A stretch of DNA of 64,000 bases, from NCBI GenBank assembly GCA_051439505.1, contig JBFRWI010000228.1, positions 62,638 through 126,637 on the forward strand. Direction: 5' to 3'. This DNA comes from Hormoscilla sp. Its GTDB lineage: Bacteria; Cyanobacteriota; Cyanobacteriia; Cyanobacteriales; Desertifilaceae. Below the pieces are notes generated by a model, which worked only from the letters and a program-made list of their open reading frames with translations, made no database searches and was not told the DNA's origin. Shown piece by piece: positions 41,989-52,008 of the stretch (position 1 is its first letter; every line of letters begins with the position of its first letter). The position numbers and the translations under genes were made by a program.

Positions 41989-42235
41989 CTGCACCAAGCG
42001 CCAATTAACTACAATCAATCAAGACATGATAATCCTACTATAAAAATAGCTAGCTTGTGAAGTTGGGGCAATACTTCGTAGGTTTTGCATGGCGGCAGGT
42101 ACATTTGTCATTGCGAGGGGGGATCCTGGCAGAGAGCCCTAAAATGTCGGTTTTGGTTTCCCCCTCGCAATGGCAGGTTGTATCCCTTGAAGTATTGGGA
42201 ATTGGGGCGTCCCCTCCGAACCGCCCCAATTATAA

Positions 42236-42559
42236 TTACTCTTCCGCTCGCTCTGACTGGGGTGCAGTTGACTTGGGCCAAGGTAAAAGCGCAAAGGCAA
42301 TCATGACGATCGCATTAATTGGAAAAAGCACCAAACCGATCAGCCAGAAAAGGCGTATTTTCCCTTGATAACCGAGTTTGGAGAGGATCAGCCACCAACC
42401 CCCCGCCGAGATGCCCAGGAAAATCAAACCCGCGACGATCAGGCTCAGGATCCTACCAGGACCGATGACGATACTGCCAGGACTAACGGGAACTAAATAC
42501 TGAGGGTTTCCCTGGGCGATCGCAGTAGCGGCGTGCAGCATGTAGTATTCGATCGACAT
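42236..42559 (-). CDS. small membrane protein
   Basis: Hydrophobic helices; ILSKLGYQG and AFALLPWP. Confidence 0.7.
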   Translation of the reverse strand: MSIEYYMLHAATAIAQGNPQYLVPVSPGSIVIGPGRILSLIVAGLIFLGISAGGWWLILSKLGYQGKIRLFWLIGLVLFPINAIVMIAFALLPWPKSTAPQSERAEE

Positions 42560-42704
42560 AGCTTTTGTCAGTTATGGGTTTATTTGTTACCTCTCTACAT
42601 TAGCTTGTTTGGGCAGCAGCATCTCGTTCCTGAAAACCTCTGGAAAGTTTGCCCCACTTGGGTTAATATAGACAAAATTGCAACTAGCCAGTAGATTAAT
42701 TCTC

Positions 42705-43811
42705 ATGCAGGAGGTACTAGATGAGATAGAGCCGTGGCTCGCGTCCGACGGCTCTGTGGCGATCGCTACTGTAGTGGCGATCGCGGGTTCGGGACCCAGA
42801 GAACTGGGCGCAGTCATGGCTTGTAGTTTATCGGGAAAAGTCGCCGGTTCCGTCAGTGGCGGGTGCGTGGAGGCCGCCGTCATTGAAGAAGCAATGGCCG
42901 TGCTAGCAGGAAACTCCCCCAAACTGCTCAGCTACGGGGTTTCCGACGAGTTGGGCTTGGATGTGGGTCTTTCCTGCGGCGGTAGGATTGAGATATTTGT
43001 CGATCGCCTTTCACGGTCCATCGATCCCGTTCTCCAGGCCATCCGTTGGGCACGGCATCAGCAAAAACCCTTGGCACTCTGTACGGTTGTGTCCGGACCA
43101 AATGTCAGCGCCAAAATGGCAGTTCCCGGGGATCCCAACCAGCCAGTTATCGGTTCCCTTGGTAATGACCAATTGGATCGGGTCCTGACTGGGGACGCCA
43201 GAACCCTGCTCGATCGAGAACAGACAGAACTGCGACCCTATGGAACTTTAGGCCAGAAAGATCTAGCAGAGGTAGCAGTATTTATCGAGTCCATGGCGCC
43301 ACCACCGCAGCTGATTGTTTTTGGCGCGATCGACTACAGTAGGGCCCTGTGCCAGGTGGGGAAAGTGCTGGGCTACCGAGTCACGGTCTGCGACGCACGT
43401 TCTCTCTTTGCCACCAAGGCACGGTTTCCCGATGCGGACGAGGTAGCGGTAGAATGGCCCCATCTGTATTTAGAAAGGACGGCTATTGACAAACGCACGA
43501 TGATTGTGGTACTTACCCACGACCCGAAATTCGATATTCCCGCCCTGATGGCAGCAGTTCGCACTCCAGCAGGTTACATTGGTGCCATGGGGAGTCGCCG
43601 AACCCACGGGGACAGGGTGCAGCGCCTCCAAGAAGCAGGCATGTCGGCAGCGGAAATGGCCCGCATTAGCGCACCGACGGGGCTGGATATTGGCGCCATG
43701 ACTCCCGAAGAAACGGCAATTTCGATCTTCGCTGAGGCGATCGCCCTGCGCTCGGGACGCCACGGGGGTAGGCTAACAGGAGGTAATAACCCAATTCATC
43801 CAAGGGCATAA
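42705..43811 (+). CDS. xdhC: XdhC/CoxI family molybdenum cofactor insertion chaperone
   Basis: GSVSGGCVE, GLSCGG, THDPKFD, YIGAMGSR, TPEETAISI. Confidence 0.92.
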   Translation: MQEVLDEIEPWLASDGSVAIATVVAIAGSGPRELGAVMACSLSGKVAGSVSGGCVEAAVIEEAMAVLAGNSPKLLSYGVSDELGLDVGLSCGGRIEIFVDRLSRSIDPVLQAIRWARHQQKPLALCTVVSGPNVSAKMAVPGDPNQPVIGSLGNDQLDRVLTGDARTLLDREQTELRPYGTLGQKDLAEVAVFIESMAPPPQLIVFGAIDYSRALCQVGKVLGYRVTVCDARSLFATKARFPDADEVAVEWPHLYLERTAIDKRTMIVVLTHDPKFDIPALMAAVRTPAGYIGAMGSRRTHGDRVQRLQEAGMSAAEMARISAPTGLDIGAMTPEETAISIFAEAIALRSGRHGGRLTGGNNPIHPRA

Positions 43812-43913
43812 TGATAACACTTGGGAAAATTGAAAATTGAAAATTGAAAATTGATAACTATTTCAATTGACAATTCACAATTTTCAATCAATCCAGATAT
43901 GGAGGGATTACAA

Positions 43914-44405
43914 ATGCAAGGAAAAGATAGCACGGAGATATGGCTAAAAGTCAATGGCGTACCCCAGACTCTGTTGATAGAACCGCGCGTGACATTACTA
44001 GACGCCCTGCGGGAACATCTGGGGTTGACGGGCACGAAAAAAGGTTGCGATCGGGGGGAATGCGGCTCCTGTACGGTGCTTCTAAACGGTCGGCGGATCA
44101 ACTCCTGCATGACCCTTGCCATCATGCAAAATGGGGCGGAAATAACCACAATAGAAGGTTTAGCCCAGTCCGACGAACTCCACCCCATGCAAGCAGCATT
44201 TATAGCCCATGATGCCTTTCAGTGCGGTTACTGCACTCCGGGTCAAATTGTCTCGGCAGTGGGCTGGCTAGGGGAAGTTCAGCCAACATCGGATCGGGAA
44301 ATAGCCAAAAACATGAGCGGTAATATATGTCGCTGCGGAGCCTATCCTCATATCGTTGCGGCAATTCGAGATGTGGCACGGGAGACTCAAAATGCATCAA
44401 TTTAG
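43914..44405 (+). CDS. 2Fe-2S subunit of xanthine dehydrogenase-family aldehyde oxidoreductase (PaoA/YagT-like)
   Basis: GTKKGCDRGECGSCTV, QCGYCTPG, GNICRC; GGAGG RBS; no Tat signal seen. Confidence 0.93.
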   Translation: MQGKDSTEIWLKVNGVPQTLLIEPRVTLLDALREHLGLTGTKKGCDRGECGSCTVLLNGRRINSCMTLAIMQNGAEITTIEGLAQSDELHPMQAAFIAHDAFQCGYCTPGQIVSAVGWLGEVQPTSDREIAKNMSGNICRCGAYPHIVAAIRDVARETQNASI

Positions 44406-45354
44406 TTACGCGATCGCATCTGCTTCTGATGCGACGATGGCAGGTTCATTCATTGCGGGCGGCACAGATATGCTAGCCTTGATGAAAGATGGAGTACTCA
44501 AACCCAGCAGCCTGATCGATATCAACAGCCTCCCCTTAGCAGAAATAGAACTGTCCGACACCGGGATCCGGATCGGAGCTTTATTGCGCATGAGCGAGGT
44601 GGCGAACGATCGGACAATACGCGATCGCTATCGGGTGATATCGGAAGCTTTATTAGAAAGCGCCTCCCCACAAATAAGAAATATGGGAACAATGGGGGGC
44701 AATTTGATGCAGCGGGTGCGCTGCGGCTACTTTCGGGATCCCGCATTTCCCTGCAATCGCCGGGCGATCGGAACCGGTTGTTCTGCAATTTTAGGGGACA
44801 ATCGTACCCATGCAATTTTGGGCGCTAGCGAACATTGCATCGCCGTTCATCCATCAGATTTAGCAGTAGCACTGACAGCCCTAGATGCGGTAATTTGTAC
44901 TTCCGGACATCAGGGAGAACGCCGCATTCCTATCAATGAGTTTTATCTCTTACCCGAGGATAAACCCGATCGGGAAACGGTATTGGAACCCGGAGAATTG
45001 ATCGTCGCCATCGAGGTACCCGCTTCGACCTTAACTAGCAACTCCCACTACCTGAAAGTGCGCGATCGGGCTTCCGGACAGTTCGCCCTAGTCTCCACCG
45101 CCGTCGCTTTGGAGATGGAAAAAGAAACCATAAAATCCGCACGAGTAGCCTTTGGGGGTGTAGCGCCCAAACCCTGGCGTTCCCGGGAAGCAGAAGAGGT
45201 TCTACAGGACCAACCTGTAAGGGAAGAGACTTTTGTCGCCGCCGCCGACGAGGCATTAAAAGGGGCCGTACCCCAGCAGCACAACTCATTCAAAATAGAA
45301 TTAGCAAAACGCTCTCTGGTGCGGGCGCTATCGGTGGTAGGAGGAATTTCATGA
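44392..45354 (+). CDS. FAD-binding subunit (PaoB/YagS-like)
   Basis: AGGTD, ASPQIRNMGTMGGN, RCGYFR..C..C..C, YLKVRDR. Confidence 0.93.
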   Translation: MHQFSYAIASASDATMAGSFIAGGTDMLALMKDGVLKPSSLIDINSLPLAEIELSDTGIRIGALLRMSEVANDRTIRDRYRVISEALLESASPQIRNMGTMGGNLMQRVRCGYFRDPAFPCNRRAIGTGCSAILGDNRTHAILGASEHCIAVHPSDLAVALTALDAVICTSGHQGERRIPINEFYLLPEDKPDRETVLEPGELIVAIEVPASTLTSNSHYLKVRDRASGQFALVSTAVALEMEKETIKSARVAFGGVAPKPWRSREAEEVLQDQPVREETFVAAADEALKGAVPQQHNSFKIELAKRSLVRALSVVGGIS

Positions 45355-47561
45355 ACGAAGTGATTGGCAAACCGCTGCCTCGCGTCGATGGGCGGCTGAA
45401 AGTAACGGGTGGCGCACGGTACACTGGCGATATATCGATGGAAAATCTCGCCTACGGCGTCATCATTGGCAGCGCGATCGCCAAGGGTCGTATCGCAAAG
45501 ATGGATACTAGCGCAGCGGAAGCCGCCCCCGGCGTTTTGGGAATCTTGACACACCACAACTTTCCCACCCTCCCCGAAATTAATGTAGATTTTGGCGAAC
45601 AGAGTCCGTCAATTTTGCAAGAAGACAAAATATATTACAGCGGTCAGCCCGTAGGCGTCGTCGTAGCTGAAAGCATAGAATCTGCAACCCACGCGGCTTC
45701 AGGAGTGAAAATAAAGTATGAAGAGGAAAAGCCGATCGCGACGATGTCCGCAGCGCTGAAAGAAGCTTGGAAGCCGGAATTAATTATGGGGTTCCTGCCA
45801 GCCCAAAGTAGCAGAGGGGATATCTCGTCTGCTCTCCAATCGGCGGAGGTACTAATCGAGCAGGTTTATACTACCCCGATCGAACATCACAATCCCATAG
45901 AGCCCTCGGCAACCCTAGCAGTCTGGTCCGGCGATCGCCTCACCCTCTACGATACCACTCAAGGCATTTCCTCCACCCAACAGAAAGTAGCCAAAATCCT
46001 CGGGATCTCCCCGGAAAATGTCCGGGTGGTCTCAGAGTTTCTCGGTGGCGGCTTTGGCTGCAAGGGAATGACCTGGCCTCACACTGTCCTGGCGGCGATC
46101 GCAGCTCGTCATGTGGGACGACCAGTTAAAATCGTGCTGACGCGATCGCAAATGTATACCTCCTGCGGATACAGACCCCAAACCAGACAGCAGATCGCAT
46201 TGGGAGCTACTCAAGAGGGCAAGCTGACAGGGGTAGCCCACAGTGGTGATTCTTTGACCTCGCCCTTTGATGATTTTATCGAACCCGTGGGCTTCGGGAC
46301 AAAAATGATGTACGCCAGTCCTGCGGTGGAAATAAATCACCGTCTCGGCCGCATAAATGCCGGAACCCCGACATTTACGCGAGCACCAGGGCACGCATCG
46401 GGAATGTTTGCCCTCGAATCAGCAATGGATGAACTTGCCTATGCTTTGAAAATGGACCCGATCGAACTGCGGCTGCGCAATCATGCCGATGTGGACCCGG
46501 ATACGGGACATCCCTGGTCGAGTAAGTCTCTCAAAGAGTGCTATCATGCGGGAGCAGAGCTGTTTGGCTGGTCGCGACGCAACCCAGTACCGGGTGCCAT
46601 GGGCGATGGCAATTCTCTCCTGGGCTGGGGGATGGCCAGCGCCACCTACCCCGCATTATCCGCACCAGCGTCGGCGAAAGTGGAACTATTTGCTAGCGGG
46701 GAGGTGGTGGTGCAGAGCGGCACCCATGATATCGGTACTGGAACCTATACAGTGATGACCCAGATAGCAGCAGAGAACCTGGGGATTTCTGCCGAACGGG
46801 TGCGGTTCGAGCTGGGGGATACCAACCTCCCCAAAGCACCTATGACGGGCGGATCGATGACTGCTAGCAGCGTTGGTCCGGCAGTGAAGCTCGCAGCGGT
46901 TGCAGCGCGCAACAAGGTGATTAAGCTCGCAGTAGAAGACCCGCGATCGCCCCTTTATCAGTGCCACCAAGCGGATATTGCCCGGTCCTCTGGACAGCTG
47001 TTCCTCAAACGGGATCCCTCAAAGGGGGAAAGTTATGGAGAAATCCTGTCCCGTCTTGGGTTAGAGAGCATCTCCGCAGAGGAGCACACTCAAGGGAATG
47101 AGGCGCAAAACCAGTATGCGATGCACTCCTTTGGGGCGATTTTCACTGAGGTGACGATCGATCGGTTGCTTCCAGAAATTCGGGTGACGCGCTGCGTTGG
47201 AGTTTACGGTGCCGGGCGAATTCTCAATCCCTTGACTGCCAAGAGTCAGATGATTGGGGGGATTGTTTGGGGCATAGGCATGGCCCTGATGGAGAATACA
47301 ATTATGGATCTTAATCGAGGACGCTTCGTGAATGCCAATCTCTCGGATTACTTAGTACCCGTACACCCGGATATACCAGACATAAGCGTGCAATTCGTCT
47401 CCGAAGAGGATCCCTACGTCAATCCCTTGGGAACGAAAGGGATAGGCGAACTCTCGATCGTGGGGACCGCTGCGGCGATCGCCAATGCTGTCTATCATGC
47501 CACAGGCAAGCGCATCCGCGACCTCCCGATTACACCGGACAAGTTACTTGTTGCGCTTTAG
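45351..47561 (+). CDS. molybdopterin-binding subunit (PaoC/YagR-like), copy 1
   Basis: HHNPIEP, GGGFGCK, RAPG, KGIGE. Confidence 0.95.
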   Translation: MNEVIGKPLPRVDGRLKVTGGARYTGDISMENLAYGVIIGSAIAKGRIAKMDTSAAEAAPGVLGILTHHNFPTLPEINVDFGEQSPSILQEDKIYYSGQPVGVVVAESIESATHAASGVKIKYEEEKPIATMSAALKEAWKPELIMGFLPAQSSRGDISSALQSAEVLIEQVYTTPIEHHNPIEPSATLAVWSGDRLTLYDTTQGISSTQQKVAKILGISPENVRVVSEFLGGGFGCKGMTWPHTVLAAIAARHVGRPVKIVLTRSQMYTSCGYRPQTRQQIALGATQEGKLTGVAHSGDSLTSPFDDFIEPVGFGTKMMYASPAVEINHRLGRINAGTPTFTRAPGHASGMFALESAMDELAYALKMDPIELRLRNHADVDPDTGHPWSSKSLKECYHAGAELFGWSRRNPVPGAMGDGNSLLGWGMASATYPALSAPASAKVELFASGEVVVQSGTHDIGTGTYTVMTQIAAENLGISAERVRFELGDTNLPKAPMTGGSMTASSVGPAVKLAAVAARNKVIKLAVEDPRSPLYQCHQADIARSSGQLFLKRDPSKGESYGEILSRLGLESISAEEHTQGNEAQNQYAMHSFGAIFTEVTIDRLLPEIRVTRCVGVYGAGRILNPLTAKSQMIGGIVWGIGMALMENTIMDLNRGRFVNANLSDYLVPVHPDIPDISVQFVSEEDPYVNPLGTKGIGELSIVGTAAAIANAVYHATGKRIRDLPITPDKLLVAL

Positions 47562-47655
47562 CGCCAAGGCCCCTTGTTTAATTAGTTGTAGGTTGGGTTG
47601 AGGCACGAAACCCAACACCCGCAACCCCTGTTGGGTTTCGCGCTTAGCTCTACCC

Positions 47656-47885
47656 CAATACTTCTCGGTTAACAACTTTGTCATTGCGAGGGGGGGCTCC
47701 CAAATCGATATTTTACCCGCTCTCCGCTATTACCCCCCCCGAAGCAATCTCACTGACCACGCCGGACAACTATCGATCTAATACAGGATGGGGGGATTGC
47801 TTCGGGGGGTCAATTCATAAAGCATAAATTAATCGCTACGTTTCCCCCTCGCAATGACAATAAAATGCTTAACCGAAAAGTATTG
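47656..47885. mobile_element. 230-bp MITE with 17-bp terminal inverted repeats and 10-bp target-site duplication
   Basis: CAATACTTCTCGGTTAA...TTAACCGAAAAGTATTG; AGCTCTACCC at 47646-47655 and 47886-47895. Confidence 0.9.
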
Positions 47886-48086
47886 AGCTCTACCCAACCT
47901 ACGGTATTAAGGTCAATTAAGTACATAGGCAAAATTATTTTAATATTTTCTGATGCCGTCAATTTCGGATAATTAAAATCACTGAAAGCCTTATGGGATA
48001 GGGCATGAGAGCCATAATTTCCCGGTGCAATCGCCCCGGAGCAGAAATCTAAAAATAATTTTGCACAACTACTTAGGAGAAATTTT

Positions 48087-50294
48087 ATGAACGAAGTGAT
48101 TGGCAAACCGCTCCCTCGCGTGGATGGGCGGCTGAAAGTAACGGGTGGCGCACGGTACACTGGCGATATATCGATGGAAAATCTCGCCTATGGCGTCATC
48201 ATTGGCAGCTCGATCGCCAAGGGTCGCATCGCGAGTATGGATACTAGCGCAGCGGAAACAGCCCCTGGCGTTTTGGGAATCTTGACACACCACAACGTTC
48301 CCACCCTCCCCCGGGTTGACCAAGATTACAGTCTACGAAGTCAGCCAATTTTGCAAGACGACAAAATAGATTACAGCGGTCAGCCCCTAGCAGTGGTTGT
48401 AGCTGAAAATCGAGAATCTGCCATCGACGCGGCTTCAAGAGTGAAAATAAAGTATGAAGAGGAAAAGCCGATCGTCACGATGTCCGAAGCGCTGAAAGAA
48501 GCGTTCGCTCCGAAATTGATTTTTGGGCTCCTGCCAACCGAAACTAGCAGAGGGGATATCTCCTCTGCTCTCCCATCGGCGGAGGTACTAATCGAGCAGG
48601 TTTATAGTAGCCCGATCGAACATCACAATCCCATAGAACCCTCGGCAACTATAGCCCTCTGGTCCGGCGATCGCCTCACCCTCTACGATACCACTCAAGG
48701 CATTTCCTCCACCCAACAGACAGTAGCCAAAATCCTCAATATCTCCCCGGAAAATGTCCGAGTGGTCTGTGAGTTTCTCGGTGGCGGCTTCGGATGCAAG
48801 CTAATGACTTGGCCTCACACTGTCCTAGCGGCGATCGCAGCCCGTCATGTGGGACGACCAGTTAAAATCCTGCTGACGCGATCGCAAATGTATACCTCCT
48901 GCGGATACAGAACTCAAACCAGACAGCAGATCGCCTTGGGAGCAACTGGCGAGGGCAAGCTGACGGCGATCGCCCACGTGAGTGAGTCCTTGACCTCCCC
49001 CTTTGATGATGATTTGACCGAACCCGTGGGCTTAGGGACAAAAATGATGTACGCAAGTCCTGCGGTGGAAATCAATCACCGTCTCGGTCGGATAAATGCT
49101 GGAAGCCCGACATTTATGCGAGCACCAGGGGAAGCTCTGGGAATGTTTGCCCTCGAATCAGCAATGGATGAACTTGCCTATGCTTTGAACATGGACCCGA
49201 TCGAACTGCGGCTGCGCAATCATGCGGATGTGGACCCGGATACGGGACATCCCTGGTCGAGTAAGTCTCTCAAAGAGTGCTATCAGGCGGGAGCCGAGCT
49301 GTTTGGCTGGTCCCGACGCAACCCAGTACCGGGTACCATGGGCGATGGCAATTCTCTCGTGGGCTGGGGGATGGCCAGCGTCACCTATCCCGTATACTCC
49401 GCACCAGCGTCGGCGAAAGTGGAACTATTTGCGAACGGGGAGGTAGTGGTGCAGAGCGGCACCCATGACATCGGTACTGGAACCTATACGGTGATGACCC
49501 AGATAGCAGCAGAGACCCTGGGGATTTCTCCCCGTAGGGTGCGGTTCGAGCTGGGGGATACCAACCTCCCCAAAGCACCTATATCGGGCGGATCTCAGAC
49601 TGCTAACAGCGTTGGTCCGGCAGTGAAGATAGCAGCGGTTGCAGCACGCAACAAGGCGATCGAACTAGCAGTAGAAGACCCCCGATCGCCCCTTTATCAG
49701 TGCCACCAAGCAGATATTGCCCTATCGGATGGACGGTTGTTCCTCAAACGGGATCCCTCGAAGGGGGAAAGTTATGGAGAAATCCTCTCCCGTCTTGGGT
49801 TAGAGAGCATCTCCGCAGAGGAGCGAACTCAAGGCAATGATGCGCAAAACCAGTATGGGATGCACTCCTTTGGGGCGATTTTCACTGAGGTGAAGATCGA
49901 TCGGTCGCTGAATGAAATTCGGGTGACGCGGTGCGTTGGGGTTTACGGTGCCGGGCGCATTCTCAATCCCTTAACTGCTAAGAGTCAGATGGTTGGGGGG
50001 ATTGTTTGGGGCATCGGCATGGCCCTGATGGAGAAGACAATTATGGATCCCAATCGAGGACGCTTCGTGAATGCTAATCTCTCGGATTACTTAGTACCCC
50101 TACACACGGATATACCAGACATCCAGGTGCAATTCGTCCCCGAAGAGGATCCCCACGTCAATCCCTTGGGAACGAAAGGAATAGGGGAACTCTCCCTCAT
50201 CGGGACCGCAGCGGCGATCGCCAACGCCGTCTATCATGCCACAGGGAAGCGCATCCGCGACCTTCCGATTACACCGGACAAGTTACTTGTTTAA
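48087..50294 (+). CDS. molybdopterin-binding subunit (PaoC/YagR-like), copy 2
   Basis: Close paralog of 45351-47561 with its own AGGAG RBS. Confidence 0.95.
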   Translation: MNEVIGKPLPRVDGRLKVTGGARYTGDISMENLAYGVIIGSSIAKGRIASMDTSAAETAPGVLGILTHHNVPTLPRVDQDYSLRSQPILQDDKIDYSGQPLAVVVAENRESAIDAASRVKIKYEEEKPIVTMSEALKEAFAPKLIFGLLPTETSRGDISSALPSAEVLIEQVYSSPIEHHNPIEPSATIALWSGDRLTLYDTTQGISSTQQTVAKILNISPENVRVVCEFLGGGFGCKLMTWPHTVLAAIAARHVGRPVKILLTRSQMYTSCGYRTQTRQQIALGATGEGKLTAIAHVSESLTSPFDDDLTEPVGLGTKMMYASPAVEINHRLGRINAGSPTFMRAPGEALGMFALESAMDELAYALNMDPIELRLRNHADVDPDTGHPWSSKSLKECYQAGAELFGWSRRNPVPGTMGDGNSLVGWGMASVTYPVYSAPASAKVELFANGEVVVQSGTHDIGTGTYTVMTQIAAETLGISPRRVRFELGDTNLPKAPISGGSQTANSVGPAVKIAAVAARNKAIELAVEDPRSPLYQCHQADIALSDGRLFLKRDPSKGESYGEILSRLGLESISAEERTQGNDAQNQYGMHSFGAIFTEVKIDRSLNEIRVTRCVGVYGAGRILNPLTAKSQMVGGIVWGIGMALMEKTIMDPNRGRFVNANLSDYLVPLHTDIPDIQVQFVPEEDPHVNPLGTKGIGELSLIGTAAAIANAVYHATGKRIRDLPITPDKLLV

Positions 50295-50446
50295 TTAGTT
50301 GTAGGTGGGTGTGGTCATGCATTTGTTGGTACACCGGAGTTCTCCCGGGGCGCCCGGCGAGCGCATTCTGAGAGAACATCTGTCATCTATGGTCATAATT
50401 TGTCGCCAGAATGCGATCGCCCCTACAGTTATCGGCGGCAAATGAC

Positions 50447-50601
50447 TATAGCGAATCGGGCGCATTGATGTAGTATATTTGAGATCGCCTATTTGTCATT
50501 GCGAGGGGGGGGATAACCGCGATCAACTTATGCTTTATTCGTTAACCCCCCCGAAGCAATCTCACCAATAGCATATCACACAAAGGGCGAGAACTGCTAT
50601 A
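50447..50601. mobile_element. MITE-like element, copy 2
   Basis: Near-identical to 6274-6429. Confidence 0.75.
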
Positions 50602-50649
50602 TCAACTGCTTGTGACCACACCCGTAGAAAAGGGATATGAAGATAAAAT

Positions 50650-50812
50650 AAATAATTGATAATTGATAATTGACAATTGATAATGGGTAATTGTCAATTA
50701 TCAATTATCAATTGTCAATTATCGAAGGGTTCTCCTGCGCATTTTTAAATAATTTTGATACTGTTGAAGGGGAGATAAAAAATTCAAAATTCAAAATTCA
50801 GAATTCAAAATT
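50650..50812. repeat. STRR-like heptamers (GATAATT)n with inverse, and (AAAATTC)n
   Basis: Read directly. Confidence 0.85.
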
Positions 50813-50881
50813 GGGAAAAGCCCTGAACCTACGGTATTAAGGTCCATAAAGGCATCACGTGCAACTAATTTTTTCCGATCT

Positions 50882-51490
50882 TCAATCGGATAAGATCTGA
50901 CATAATTTATGATAATCTTCTAGGGTATCCATATCCCTGAGAACACCATCGGTATTCATTTCAACTTCCCGCACGTTCTCTAGGTTTTGTTGAATGATTC
51001 CTTTACAGCCCTGCATGTCTTGGTGAGCTAAAATATCATGTTTATAAAGAGCCGATAATATCACTGGATTACCCCGCTGACCCTCAAATACAGGCATGAC
51101 TATCCCAAAGGGCTTGACCTTAACTGCTTCCTCGAAAGCCTGGACCAAATGATTCAATTCATCAGCCTCTATTAACGGTAGGTCCGACAGGCAAATCATA
51201 AAGCCATCAGTTCGATCGTCAGCAGCTTCCACTCCCGATTGTATTGAAGTCGTCATCCCTTTTTGGTAACTCTCGTTTTGTCTGAATTTGACTGGGCGAT
51301 CGGCCAAAACCGCTCTGACCCGTTCTGCATCATATCCCAAAACAACAATTACCTCGCCGACATCGGACTGCAAAACTGTATCGACTGTACGTTCAATCAA
51401 TGTCTGACCCCGAAAAGGTAAAAGCAATTTATTCTGTTGTCCCATTCGTGTTGATTCGCCAGCAGCTAGGACGATCGCTGAAATCATCAT
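50882..51490 (-). CDS. mocA: molybdenum cofactor cytidylyltransferase-like nucleotidyltransferase
   Basis: VLAAGESTRMG..KLLL, GMTTSI..G, LSDLP, RGNPV, DMDT; next to Mo hydroxylase genes. Confidence 0.85.
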   Translation of the reverse strand: MMISAIVLAAGESTRMGQQNKLLLPFRGQTLIERTVDTVLQSDVGEVIVVLGYDAERVRAVLADRPVKFRQNESYQKGMTTSIQSGVEAADDRTDGFMICLSDLPLIEADELNHLVQAFEEAVKVKPFGIVMPVFEGQRGNPVILSALYKHDILAHQDMQGCKGIIQQNLENVREVEMNTDGVLRDMDTLEDYHKLCQILSD

Positions 51491-51798
51491 CACATTTATA
51501 GTTCCCACGTACCAACTGTTTTTGACCACACCCATTTTCAACTGAGTCTCCTGGCCCGCCGTGGGTTCAAACCCACGGCTAATAGCTTAAGTGGGTTAAA
51601 ACCCACTACCCACTAAAAGCCTTATGCCTTATGGAAAGGTATTTTACCATTGTTCCCAGTTCTCTAGGGGTTGTCACTTTGTCAGCCCCAAGGCTGTATA
51701 ATAGTTGATATGAAAATGCGCCCCGGTTGAGTGTGCCTGCACTCAACCTAGACGACTTCTCCAAAGTCCGCGTACACCGAACTAGGAGCAACTTAATT

Positions 51799-52005
51799 AT
51801 GCCAAAACCCAGGTACGATGAAGATGAAAACCTGTCTCGTCATGCAGCGACCGACGAGGGATGCTGCGAAGAGATGGAACGCAAATACGGTTGGAAACTG
51901 AAGCGGATTGAACCAATACGATACGATCCAATCTTTAAGGTTGATTGCGTTTTTGAAGGTCAAACAGAATTTCCACAACCTTATCACGACAACGACAAGG
52001 AGTAA
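51799..52005 (+). CDS. small hypothetical protein (68 aa)
   Basis: AGGAG RBS; stop closely followed by next gene. Confidence 0.7.
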   Translation: MPKPRYDEDENLSRHAATDEGCCEEMERKYGWKLKRIEPIRYDPIFKVDCVFEGQTEFPQPYHDNDKE

Positions 52006-52008
52006 ACA

